Of a stretch of 36,484 nucleotides of DNA, positions 8,198 to 16,992 are shown in pieces. The position numbers and the translations under genes are program-made. Numbering within the stretch: the stretch's first letter is position 1; each line of letters begins with the position of its first letter. The notes beneath the pieces are model-generated. The model saw only the letters and a list, made by a program, of their open reading frames with translations. It was not told where the DNA came from and did not search any database. This DNA is from Bacteroidota bacterium. Lineage in GTDB: Bacteria > Bacteroidota > Bacteroidia > AKYH767-A > JABDAW01. The DNA lies in the NCBI GenBank assembly GCA_023251595.1, contig JAHEYM010000001.1:8675-45158 (forward strand), read 5' to 3'.

Positions 8198-8437
8198 GTG
8201 GATGTAAAACTAAAAATAGGGCAAAGAATAAAGGATCTCAGAGAGAAATCAAGTATGTCTCAGAAGGATTTGGCTTTTGCTGCCGATTTGGACAGAAGTT
8301 ACATTGCAAGTATCGAAAATGGGCAACGAAATGTATCAATTGTCAACATTGAAAAGATTGCGCTCGCCTTAAGTGTAACTCTGAAAGAATTTTTTAATGA
8401 TGGCGAATTTAATAGGTATTCAAGAAGCGGTAAATAA
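8198..8437 (+). CDS. Controller (C) protein of the restriction-modification system, XRE-type HTH
   Basis: 79 aa with a GTG start. IGQRIKDLREKSSMSQKDLAFAADLDRSYIASIENGQRNVSIVNIEKIALALSV is a typical C-protein HTH. It sits immediately upstream of, and overlaps, the endonuclease gene. Confidence 0.8.
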   Translation: MDVKLKIGQRIKDLREKSSMSQKDLAFAADLDRSYIASIENGQRNVSIVNIEKIALALSVTLKEFFNDGEFNRYSRSGK

Positions 8438-9215
8438 TTTTAAAAAATTGATTGAAGATTCAATACTTCAAGGAGGTATTGAGGCTAAGGAAGCAATGAT
8501 AAGGTCTTCACGTCCTATCAGTTGTATTCACGAAGCCGTAAAGTCCGCATTGATATCTGCTGGCGTGAGTAGACTAAGAATCTTTCCTCCTCTAGGAGCT
8601 ACAAGTCCTGAGCTTAAATTGGCTGGTTTTATTAAGCATAAACATCAGGATGTTTGTGTTGCGCCGGAAGGTTTTACTCCGGAAAGCGAAATAATGAAAG
8701 AGGGTTTATTACAAGAAGTTAGTGACTATTATGGAAAAGCATACACCGAACGTACATTATCGATAAATGTAAGAAGTCAAATGAGCAGTTTAGCAAAGAA
8801 CTTTGATACACTTTATGAACGGACGATAGCAGAGGCGCAGAATTTACATGTGAGATGTCCCAAAATGGTTCTTGGAGAAGTCTACATGATTGCGGTGAAA
8901 GAGTATAATCCAATCGCGATGAAACATAACAAAGTAGAGTTCATTAATAAGGTCGGAGCTGTTCAAAAATACATTAAGTCTTTTCAAGCAATAAACGGAA
9001 GACCAGATTTTACCAAGCAGGATTATAAGTACGAAAAGGTTTGTTTGCTGATTGTTGACTTTGGTAAAACGCCTGCAAAAATATACAGTACAAATGAGGA
9101 ATTAATTGTAGATAGTCTAATGCCTGCGGACTCGCAGGCAAACATTGTTGAGTTAAATTGGGAGTCATTTATCCCCTCTATTCTTAAAACTTACGAATTG
9201 AGGTTCGGAAAATAA
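8397..9215 (+). CDS. Putative restriction endonuclease subunit 1 (family not recognised)
   Basis: Position in a C-R operon opposite a methyltransferase. 41-nt overlap with the C gene. Paralogous over its full length to the next ORF (shared LAGF.K.K.QD, LSINVRSQ.SS..KNFDTLYERT.AE..NLH.R.P.MVLGEVY, KYE..CLL.V.F). No textbook PD-(D/E)XK triad could be assigned by eye. Confidence 0.5.
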   Translation: MMANLIGIQEAVNNFKKLIEDSILQGGIEAKEAMIRSSRPISCIHEAVKSALISAGVSRLRIFPPLGATSPELKLAGFIKHKHQDVCVAPEGFTPESEIMKEGLLQEVSDYYGKAYTERTLSINVRSQMSSLAKNFDTLYERTIAEAQNLHVRCPKMVLGEVYMIAVKEYNPIAMKHNKVEFINKVGAVQKYIKSFQAINGRPDFTKQDYKYEKVCLLIVDFGKTPAKIYSTNEELIVDSLMPADSQANIVELNWESFIPSILKTYELRFGK

Positions 9216-9225
9216 TTACTTAAAG

Positions 9226-10125
9226 ATGCCAAATATTATTGCAAACCATTTAGGAATACCTTTTACTCAATTAAGCATTCAAGATGCTGTTAATCAAATT
9301 AAGTTAGATTATGAACAGGCTATTGCAGCAGGAACGACAGCTAAAATGATTAGAACTGGAAAGTTAATTAAACTTATCCATCAGGCTGTGAAACATGATT
9401 TTATTAATATTAATATTCATCCGAGCTTAGTCAATCCTTCACCCAGGTATTTACAAAGAGTTGTAAATCCAAAAGCGAAGCGGTATAATAAAGCCAGAAA
9501 ACTTGGAGATCAGGAGTTGCAGTTGGCAGGGTTTCTTAAAACAAAAAAACAAGATATTGCGATAATTCCCGACAATATTCACATCAGGCCGGAAAAATTG
9601 AATTTATCTTCTATGCTACATGGGGTTACAGATATTTATGGATACAATTTTACTGAATCAATACTGAGTATAAATGTTAGGAGCCAATTAAGTAGTGTAG
9701 ATAAAAATTTTGACACTTTATACGAAAGAACTTTTGCTGAAAGTTTAAATTTACATTTGAGGTTTCCAAACATGGTTCTTGGAGAAGTTTATCTTATTCC
9801 CACCGGAGAATATACGGAAGCCTCAACCCGGGAAAATATGGTTTTCAAAAAGGTAAATCTTGCGAAGTATATTCAGGCATTTAGGGCCATTAATTTGAGA
9901 ACAGGTAAAAATGATGAAAAGTATAAATACGAAAGATGTTGTTTGCTTGTTGTAAATTTTGAAAGGAACGACCCCAAAATCTACAACTCAACGGATGAGT
10001 TAATTCAGGATGGATTTTTGCCTCAAGGTTCAACAGCATCTATGGCAGGACTGGACTATTTAAACTTTGTGAATGATATTTGGCAGATTTACACGGCAAG
10101 ATTTCCTAATAATACTTTTATTTGA
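9226..10125 (+). CDS. Putative restriction endonuclease subunit 2 (paralog of 8397-9215)
   Basis: 299 aa. Same conserved blocks as the preceding ORF, with a ~25-aa insertion near the N-terminus. 10-nt gap from the previous gene. Confidence 0.5.
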   Translation: MPNIIANHLGIPFTQLSIQDAVNQIKLDYEQAIAAGTTAKMIRTGKLIKLIHQAVKHDFININIHPSLVNPSPRYLQRVVNPKAKRYNKARKLGDQELQLAGFLKTKKQDIAIIPDNIHIRPEKLNLSSMLHGVTDIYGYNFTESILSINVRSQLSSVDKNFDTLYERTFAESLNLHLRFPNMVLGEVYLIPTGEYTEASTRENMVFKKVNLAKYIQAFRAINLRTGKNDEKYKYERCCLLVVNFERNDPKIYNSTDELIQDGFLPQGSTASMAGLDYLNFVNDIWQIYTARFPNNTFI

Positions 10126-11963
10126 TATTTTTCAATCAGATACTGATCAATCTCGTGAGAGTCATTCAAACTTCTGATAGTTTCGATTTCTTTTTCTGTT
10201 AGTTCGGGAATTGTAAATTTTTCGATAAAGTTTTTTTGATAGCAAGGATAACCACCTTCAATCGCAATACTCGTCTTGCTTACATAGTAATCCATAATGT
10301 ACGAGTTCAAAATTTTCTGAACGACATCAATGTTTTCAAGTTTTGTTATCGGGTTGATTAATTCGTTGAACATTCCGTTAGTATCAGCATCCCGAAAATA
10401 AAGTCCGTATCCATTTGTGAAAAAGCCATCTTCTTCCTTTACAAATAAAAATCGGGGATGCTGACTAAAAGTTGGGTTCAGAATTTTTTTTCCTTCTCTT
10501 GTAAGTCCTTGAGTTCTACCCCAGACATAAAAAGGATCAAATTTTACTTTGCCTTTATCCCGCGCTAAAAGAGATTCTTTTTCCGAAAGAAAATATGCGT
10601 AACATTTAGGAAATTTGTTTTTGAAATCAGTCTCTTTGATTGGGGTTGCTATTCCATTTTGAATATTGTAAGGACAAATAATCTTTCGTGTGTTCCGTTC
10701 AACTTCCTCTTGAGATTTGAAATCGGAAATTTTATATACTGATTTTACGATTTCTTTTTCTATTTCAAAACTACCTTTATCAGTGTTTTTAATGTAGTAA
10801 CCATTTTTCTTGCTTTGCCCGTCAATAAAAAATATTTCGTCTTTCAGTGTTGCGATACCAACACAAATGTCGAACAATTTACCGATTGGTAAACCAATTG
10901 TTTCAATTGTTTTAATATTTTGTTGTTCATCGATTTTCAGCAATCGCCACTTTTTTACATTCAAATTTTCGAGGTAGTTAGGTGACCCATTGGCATTTAT
11001 TAAAAAGGTTTCAGGCGTTTGGTATTCTTTAATTCTGTCATATTCAATTGCCTCATTTTGTTTTTTATTCAAGAAGGTGATAGCCGTATATGTCTGCGCA
11101 TCGAACACTTTCTTGTGGCTGAAATCAATTATTCGGGTCACACATTTTAGCTTCTGAAAATAGTTACGTAAAGCTTCACCGGCTAACGACGTGAAATAAT
11201 TATTTGGTGTTATATAACCAAGTTTTCCTGTTGGTTTCAAAAGTTTGTAACCAAGTTCGAAAAATGCGAAGTAAAGATTAAAAGTTCCGCCTTCAACTGT
11301 CGTCCAACGTTTTGTTAAATAGTTTCGCGTTTCGTCTGTCAGGTCTTGAAACTTTACATAAGGAGGATTACCCACAACGTTGTCAAAACAGATTTCCCAG
11401 TTTGCTCGCAAACTGTCTTGGTGATATAAATTGAAATCTTCTGCTAAAAGTTCTTCGCCGTATTGTAAAGCATAAATAGTAAGAATTAGTTTTGTTCTGT
11501 GAATGTTGTATCCAAGTATGTCTGAACCAAATATGTTTTCTTTTATTATATTCCGAATGGATTTGTTGAAAGTTCTCCTGTAATAGTCAGTCAATCCAAC
11601 TAAAAAGGCACCACAACCACAACTTGTATCAAGATTAGTATCATTTTCTTTAGGTTGAATCACATTGATGATGAAGTCGATTATATAATCAGGTGTGAAA
11701 AAAGCGCCATTAAATTTTCTGTCTCCAACAGGAATTATCTGTTCCAAATGATGTTCAAGTTCCTTGATGTTCGAAAGATTCAGAGAAGAAATATCAAAGT
11801 AGAGTTTTGGGTTTTGTTCAAAGTCCTTAAAATAATTCGTAAGAATTCTGCTTTTAGAAAAATCAATTTTATTCTCAGTTAAGTATGAGCAAATCAAGTG
11901 TTGCTCAAGACTTGAAACTTCGTAAGTTTGAATCAGTTGATTTAGAAAACCTTTCTTTACCAT
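10089..11963 (-). CDS. N6-adenine DNA methyltransferase, gamma-class (Eco57I/TaqI-like) with a large C-terminal target-recognition region
   Basis: FFTPDYIIDF, motif I DTSCGCGAFLVG and motif IV GNPPYVKF appear in that order. 624 aa. Convergent with the R genes and overlaps them by 37 nt at the 3' ends. Confidence 0.85.
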   Translation of the reverse strand: MVKKGFLNQLIQTYEVSSLEQHLICSYLTENKIDFSKSRILTNYFKDFEQNPKLYFDISSLNLSNIKELEHHLEQIIPVGDRKFNGAFFTPDYIIDFIINVIQPKENDTNLDTSCGCGAFLVGLTDYYRRTFNKSIRNIIKENIFGSDILGYNIHRTKLILTIYALQYGEELLAEDFNLYHQDSLRANWEICFDNVVGNPPYVKFQDLTDETRNYLTKRWTTVEGGTFNLYFAFFELGYKLLKPTGKLGYITPNNYFTSLAGEALRNYFQKLKCVTRIIDFSHKKVFDAQTYTAITFLNKKQNEAIEYDRIKEYQTPETFLINANGSPNYLENLNVKKWRLLKIDEQQNIKTIETIGLPIGKLFDICVGIATLKDEIFFIDGQSKKNGYYIKNTDKGSFEIEKEIVKSVYKISDFKSQEEVERNTRKIICPYNIQNGIATPIKETDFKNKFPKCYAYFLSEKESLLARDKGKVKFDPFYVWGRTQGLTREGKKILNPTFSQHPRFLFVKEEDGFFTNGYGLYFRDADTNGMFNELINPITKLENIDVVQKILNSYIMDYYVSKTSIAIEGGYPCYQKNFIEKFTIPELTEKEIETIRSLNDSHEIDQYLIEKYQIKVLLGNLAV

Positions 11964-12107
11964 TTGTTGTGTTGATATTAAGGAGTTAAAAACTGGTAAT
12001 ACGATTATCTCATTTACTACAAACGAAAACTCGGTTCAAATATAATAAAAAAACAGATCAAAGTTTGAGTTGGGAATTAAAATAATGAACAAAAATTCTT
12101 ATTAACA

Positions 12108-12986
12108 TTATTCTCTCTTACTCACCAAATAAACTCCACCAAAAATCAGAAAGGTCGAAACAACCTGTGTGAGCGAAAGTCGTTCGTGATTTGCAATGAA
12201 AGTGATGAGCATCGCAACAACGGGCTGCACGTATATATAGGCGCTCACGATCGACGGACTTAATTCTCTTAATGCAAAAATGTTGAGCAAATACGCGGCG
12301 AATGTGCTTCCGATGACCACGAAAAACATCGCCGTCCATACAGTTGAGTCGAATTCGTTCCATTTCACTTCACCAAAATCGCGAAAACCAGCGAGCACCA
12401 CGAAGGGCAGTCCAAACGCGAAACACCAACGAATCACAGTCAATGGGTGATACTTTTTCATCAGGGGCTTCACCATAACCAGATACAAAGCGTATGAAAG
12501 TGCATTCAGAAAAATGCAAAGATCGCCCAGCATCGCTGAGTCTTTTTCTTCGCCGGCGTGACTCATCAATATGAGTATTGCGGCGCCACCCGCTCCCAAT
12601 AGAATACCGGTCGTCTTTGTTAATGTGATACGTTCGCGGATGATGATCGCCGCGCCGATGAGCACCAGCGCGGGATTACACGTCATGATGAGCGACGCGT
12701 TGACCGTGCTCGTGAGATCAAGTCCCTTGAAAAACAAAAGCTGATTGATCGCGATGCCAAAAATTCCGCAGATCAAAAGTTTCACCCAGTCGTTCTTTGC
12801 AATTTTTTCTTTGATGAAGAAAACGGAAGTGATGAAAAACAGAATCGTTGTCACCACTACTCTGACCATGATGAACCCAAAAGGCTTGATATGAGTGGGC
12901 ATTAGCGATTTCGCGACCGAATAATTTGCACCATAAATGAGATTTGTTGCAAGAAGGGCGAGGTGCGCGAAAACCGTTTTGTTCAT
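12108..12986 (-). CDS. EamA/DMT-family transporter
   Basis: 292 aa, about 10 TM helices arranged as two EamA-like halves. Confidence 0.8.
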   Translation of the reverse strand: MNKTVFAHLALLATNLIYGANYSVAKSLMPTHIKPFGFIMVRVVVTTILFFITSVFFIKEKIAKNDWVKLLICGIFGIAINQLLFFKGLDLTSTVNASLIMTCNPALVLIGAAIIIRERITLTKTTGILLGAGGAAILILMSHAGEEKDSAMLGDLCIFLNALSYALYLVMVKPLMKKYHPLTVIRWCFAFGLPFVVLAGFRDFGEVKWNEFDSTVWTAMFFVVIGSTFAAYLLNIFALRELSPSIVSAYIYVQPVVAMLITFIANHERLSLTQVVSTFLIFGGVYLVSKRE

Positions 12987-13000
12987 GAATTATCTGGTCG

Positions 13001-13036
13001 GGTTGAATATTTTGTACAGGTTGAATATTTTCAACC
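13001..13036. repeat. Direct repeat GGTTGAATATTTT x2 (13001-13013, 13019-13031), the second forming the hairpin GGTTGAA-TATT-TTCAACC
   Basis: Read directly. Lies in the divergent region between eamA-like and scpA. Same GGTTGAA/TTCAACC word as the other arrays. Confidence 0.75.
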
Positions 13037-13119
13037 CCTACTGCAACAAATTTACATTTTTAAATCAAAATCGTAGCGAAATCGGTTTATTTTTATTTTC
13101 TTTGCTGACACCCATTCAC

Positions 13120-13866
13120 ATGAGCTCCGAAGAAAGACTTTTCGCCATACACCTGCCTCAGTTCGAGGGTCCGTTCGACCTTCTTCTCTTTTTTATTGAG
13201 AGGGATGAGCTTGATATCCACGATATTCCGATTGCTTCGATCACTCGCGAATTTCTGGAATACATCCACGCCATGACCGATCTGAACATCGAAGTGGCCA
13301 GCGAATTTATTCTCGTTGCCGCGACATTGATGAAGATTAAAGCGAGAATGTTGCTGCCTCGTATCGAAGTCGACGAGTCGGGAAATGAAATCGATCCGCG
13401 TCAGGATTTGGTTGAAAGGCTTCTGATCTACAAAAGTTTTAAGGAGACGACCGAAATACTTTCGACACGTGAAGACGAACGCAAAATGATCGAACGTCGT
13501 GGCAATGTGCAACAAGAACTCGCGATGATGGCTGCCGATAATTCGCATGCCGAGGAGTTGAATAACCTGACGATGTTTAAATTGCTCACTACCTTCGAAA
13601 AAGTAATGTCGCAGTTTAAAGCAGAGGCGAATAAACCGGTTCACAAAGTAGTTCAATATGCATATACGATCGAGGGACAACGAATTTTTGTACGCGATCT
13701 TCTCACCACAAAAAGTGAAGTTCCTTTTGTAGATATATTAATTCAATGTAAAAATCGTTTGCATGCAATTTTTACTTTTCTCGCGATTTTAGAACTTCTG
13801 CAGGAACATCTCATTAAACTTATTTTGGGAGAAGGAATGAATAATTTCTGGCTTTGTTCGAACTAG
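13120..13866 (+). CDS. scpA: Segregation and condensation protein A
   Basis: FEGPFDLLLFFIERDELDIHDIPIASITREFLEYI is the ScpA N-terminal signature. The track start (12937) overlaps the eamA-like gene and translates intergenic repeats, so I chose the ATG at 13120 (MSSEERLF...). Confidence 0.85.
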   Translation: MSSEERLFAIHLPQFEGPFDLLLFFIERDELDIHDIPIASITREFLEYIHAMTDLNIEVASEFILVAATLMKIKARMLLPRIEVDESGNEIDPRQDLVERLLIYKSFKETTEILSTREDERKMIERRGNVQQELAMMAADNSHAEELNNLTMFKLLTTFEKVMSQFKAEANKPVHKVVQYAYTIEGQRIFVRDLLTTKSEVPFVDILIQCKNRLHAIFTFLAILELLQEHLIKLILGEGMNNFWLCSN

Positions 13867-13872
13867 GTCGGC

Positions 13873-15126
13873 ATGGAGCTACAGCCTAAAGAAGTTCTTA
13901 AAGCTTTCAGACTGCGGCGCGTTATGTTGCCTGTTTTTCTGGGACTTGGCGTTACATTTTATCTTATATTTTCCGGATTTTCAAAACCTATATTTTTAAA
14001 ATCTGTTCCTGGAAAAGGTGAATATGTTTGGCAGGATAATAATCATAATAAAAGACAGGAAGCAGATGAATTTGTGAAGTCGCCCGACAACACCGGCGAT
14101 TATATGAAACAGAATTATTTGGAATCAATTAAATCGATAAATTGGACATGGATTTCGACATTCTGGATTTGTATTACTTTGCTGATGATGGTGGTTCGCG
14201 ATTTTGCATATATGGTGCGAATCCGTGTCCTCACTGAGAGTCAGATAACCTGGGGACGAAGTTTTATTGTGATCATGGTCTGGGAATTTGCATCGGCTGT
14301 TGTTCCCGCATTACTTGGGGGCGGATTTGTTTTCGCTGTATTTATATTAAATCGCGAAAAAGTTAATATGGGGAAAAGTATTACCGCGGTGATGCTTTCT
14401 TCTTTTTTAGACGGATTGTTTTTCGCTATCGTTGCCCCGCTTACTTATTACATGGCAGGGAAGGACAATCTTTTTTCATCGGTCGATCCGAATAGTATTA
14501 ATGCGGTCTCTTTCGGAAAGGGATTATTTTATTTTTTCTGGCTGGTTTATTTCTGTGTCCTCGCATACAAAGTACTAATCGCTTATGCATTATTTATTAA
14601 TCCGAATTCTGTAAAACGTTTATTAATCCGTATTTTCTCGATCCGTTTTTTGAGAAAATGGCGACTCGGCGCACTCGATACAGGTAATCAATTATTGATT
14701 GCTTCAAGCGAATTAAAAAATAAGCATGTTAAATTTTGGTTGGGCGCATTCGGTGCTACCGTTGTTTCCTGGACTGCCAGATTTACAATTGTGAATTGTT
14801 TAATACTTGCCTTTCATGATGTGAAAATCGATAATGCAATGGCAGCAACAACACAGGTAATTCCGATCAATGATTTTATTGTATATGCACGACAGGTGGT
14901 GATGGGAATTATTATGTTGGGTTCGCCAACGCCCGGTGGCAGCGGTGTTGCAGAATTTATGTTTACCGATTTTCTGAGCGAATTTATTCCGATGGGTCTC
15001 GCGAGCACGCTCGGATTTATCTGGCGTTTGGTGAGTTATTATCCATATTTAATTATCGGGGCGATTATTTTACCAAGGTGGATAAAAAGAGTTTTTCTGA
15101 CACCCCCGGTTAAAACCGGAGGCTAG
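13873..15126 (+). CDS. Flippase-like / lysylphosphatidylglycerol-synthase-TM-type (UPF0104) membrane protein
   Basis: 417 aa, polytopic, with the SPTPGGSGVAEF motif typical of this family. Confidence 0.65.
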   Translation: MELQPKEVLKAFRLRRVMLPVFLGLGVTFYLIFSGFSKPIFLKSVPGKGEYVWQDNNHNKRQEADEFVKSPDNTGDYMKQNYLESIKSINWTWISTFWICITLLMMVVRDFAYMVRIRVLTESQITWGRSFIVIMVWEFASAVVPALLGGGFVFAVFILNREKVNMGKSITAVMLSSFLDGLFFAIVAPLTYYMAGKDNLFSSVDPNSINAVSFGKGLFYFFWLVYFCVLAYKVLIAYALFINPNSVKRLLIRIFSIRFLRKWRLGALDTGNQLLIASSELKNKHVKFWLGAFGATVVSWTARFTIVNCLILAFHDVKIDNAMAATTQVIPINDFIVYARQVVMGIIMLGSPTPGGSGVAEFMFTDFLSEFIPMGLASTLGFIWRLVSYYPYLIIGAIILPRWIKRVFLTPPVKTGG

Positions 15127-15282
15127 GGATTCGGGAATTCCAAAATTTCGCGCGGATCATACAGAAAAGCACAGATCATTTTTATTGAGATCAACCCGGA
15201 AATAATTTTCAATTTTAAATTGCCGGTATGACCTTCTGTTTCATGAGTTAGGAATTTCGTTTTGTATCCGATTTGTTTGGGA

Positions 15283-16035
15283 TTATATTTTAGTGTATTG
15301 CTCTTCATAATAGTTCAAATTACCTACTAATTCATTATCTGTACTGTACCACCCGGTTGAAAAAGAAACATACAATACATGTGTACTGATATTTAATTGA
15401 CAGCTTCCATTAATTACCCATTGGTATTTGCGAGTATCGAATGATCCATTATACCAAAAAATGCCGTCACTAGTCGAATTTTTGAGCAGTAGGGCATGGT
15501 CTCCGAAAAAACCCTGCAATACGATTACGTTATTTAGCTGATTATTATAATATATCTGAGCAGGAAAAATTTTCCCAAGCGAATCACCTGGCGCATCGAG
15601 AGGATAAGCGCTTGATCTAAGATAATCTCCATAAAGAAATTCCGCATGTAGGCTAGGCGGAAGACCGGTCGTGTCATCTCCAACGTGTATAGTGCGAACC
15701 TGTTCACCCAAATTATTCGCCTGGTCGCGAACATCGTAATAATACTGGTACCTCCCAGGTATCTGCGTATTCAGGCTTCCAAACCTTTGAATTTTATTTG
15801 TAATATTTCCATCAACGTTATCAGTAGCAGTCGCTCCCGGATCAATAAAAATACCATCAACGTTTAACCATATTTCCGCGTTTCCATTTAGCTCGACAAT
15901 GGGACAAATATTATCTGCAGGCTTAATAACGTCTTCTATCGCCGCCGACTTTTTACAACCGGTAAAAAAAATAAAATTGAGGACTATAACTGCGCCCGCA
16001 ATTAAATTAGTAGTTGAAAATTTTGATTTCTTCAT
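15283..16035 (-). CDS. Lipoprotein with DUF5011-type Ig-like domain (paralog A)
   Basis: Lipobox FFTGC. IDPGATATDNVDGNITNKI is the DUF5011 signature. Start moved from 16059 to the ATG at 16035 (MKKSKFSTTNL...) because it aligns with the paralog's N-terminus and with the shared upstream sequence. Confidence 0.6.
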   Translation of the reverse strand: MKKSKFSTTNLIAGAVIVLNFIFFTGCKKSAAIEDVIKPADNICPIVELNGNAEIWLNVDGIFIDPGATATDNVDGNITNKIQRFGSLNTQIPGRYQYYYDVRDQANNLGEQVRTIHVGDDTTGLPPSLHAEFLYGDYLRSSAYPLDAPGDSLGKIFPAQIYYNNQLNNVIVLQGFFGDHALLLKNSTSDGIFWYNGSFDTRKYQWVINGSCQLNISTHVLYVSFSTGWYSTDNELVGNLNYYEEQYTKI

Positions 16036-16076
16036 CAGGAATGTGAGGGTTTTGCGCAATTAACGCCGGGTTTACC

Positions 16077-16817
16077 TTATTGGAGTTTAATATAGGTTTC
16101 CTCGAAATAATCTAATCCATCAAGAAAACCATAGTGACCCCAACCAACATAAAAATTTAGATGAAGTTCATTTGTCACGTTATTAAGTTTACAAGTTCCC
16201 GTGATAATCCATTCTCCTTTGCGATGGTTAGACGAATAAGAAAATTTGAAAGTGCTGTCTGCTGTTGAACTTTCTATGAAAGCGAATGTCGATTGTATGC
16301 CACCAAAAAAATGATTAAGTACAACAGAAGAAAAATTTTGATTATATTCGATTTTTCCGATTGAATCTCCCGGAGCGTCGGGCGATCCACTGACAAAACG
16401 GTAAACTCCGCATAGAAAATCCTGAGATACTGGAGGGACTATGGTCGAACTATCAATTCCAACGTAAACAGCTCTTTTTCTCTCATCAATATTATTTGCC
16501 TCGTCATGAACATCATAATAGATCAAATATCTTCCTGTAATATGGGTGTTAACATTTCCAAAGACCTTAACCTTTGATGTAATATCACCCTCGATATTGT
16601 CTAATGCCGTGTATCCGGGGTCGACCCAAACACTATTAAAACCCAAATTGATATCATTATCTCCGATAAGGGTTATCACCGGAGAAATTGTGTCTTTAAG
16701 TGTTATGATGGATTCCTCCGAAATCTGCTTTTTACAACTGGTTAATACCAAAAAATTGAATACTATGATCGAACCAGGAATTAAATTAATGATTGAAAAT
16801 ATTGATTTCTGCTTCAT
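16077..16817 (-). CDS. Lipoprotein with DUF5011-type Ig-like domain (paralog B)
   Basis: Lipobox LTSC and VDPGYTALDNIEGDITSKV. Collinear similarity to 15283-16035, including the 5' leader (TTTTGCGCRATTAACG). Confidence 0.6.
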   Translation of the reverse strand: MKQKSIFSIINLIPGSIIVFNFLVLTSCKKQISEESIITLKDTISPVITLIGDNDINLGFNSVWVDPGYTALDNIEGDITSKVKVFGNVNTHITGRYLIYYDVHDEANNIDERKRAVYVGIDSSTIVPPVSQDFLCGVYRFVSGSPDAPGDSIGKIEYNQNFSSVVLNHFFGGIQSTFAFIESSTADSTFKFSYSSNHRKGEWIITGTCKLNNVTNELHLNFYVGWGHYGFLDGLDYFEETYIKLQ

Positions 16818-16911
16818 GAGGGAGAGGATTTTGCGCGATTAACGTCAGGTATGCATACTTATTGCCCGAAATAACCGATTATATATATCCCTCTCAGATC
16901 CAGCAAACAAT

Positions 16912-16990
16912 AATTCGTGAAAATTCGTGAAATTCGTGTTTCAATCCTTCGTGAAACTTAGCGTCTTCGCGACTTAGTGGCTACAAAACC
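16912..16990. repeat. ATTCGTGAA-type tandem repeats followed by a CTTAGCGTCTTCGCGACTTAGTGGC element
   Basis: Read directly: aATTCGTGAAaATTCGTGAAATTCGTGtttcaatcCTTCGTGAAa..., immediately downstream of the paaD stop. Confidence 0.75.
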
Positions 16991-16992
16991 TT

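Noticed and set aside
7956-12107. Search for integrase, transposase, tRNA attachment site or direct repeats flanking the R-M island.
   Set aside because: None were found by eye, so the island is not called a mobile element.
13093-13680. 195-aa ORF antisense to scpA. Similar long antisense or alternative-frame ORFs include 17099-17524, 7378-7698, 24741-25263, 28909-29242, 12118-12363, 602-835 and 3336-3815.
   Set aside because: Each lies entirely inside a well-supported gene on the opposite strand or in another frame. They have low-complexity or atypical composition and no recognisable motifs, so they are shadow ORFs.
15123-15308. 61-aa ORF in the gap between the flippase-like gene and the DUF5011 lipoprotein gene.
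   Set aside because: It overlaps the ends of both neighbouring genes, has no motif and no promoter-like signal, and is probably spurious.
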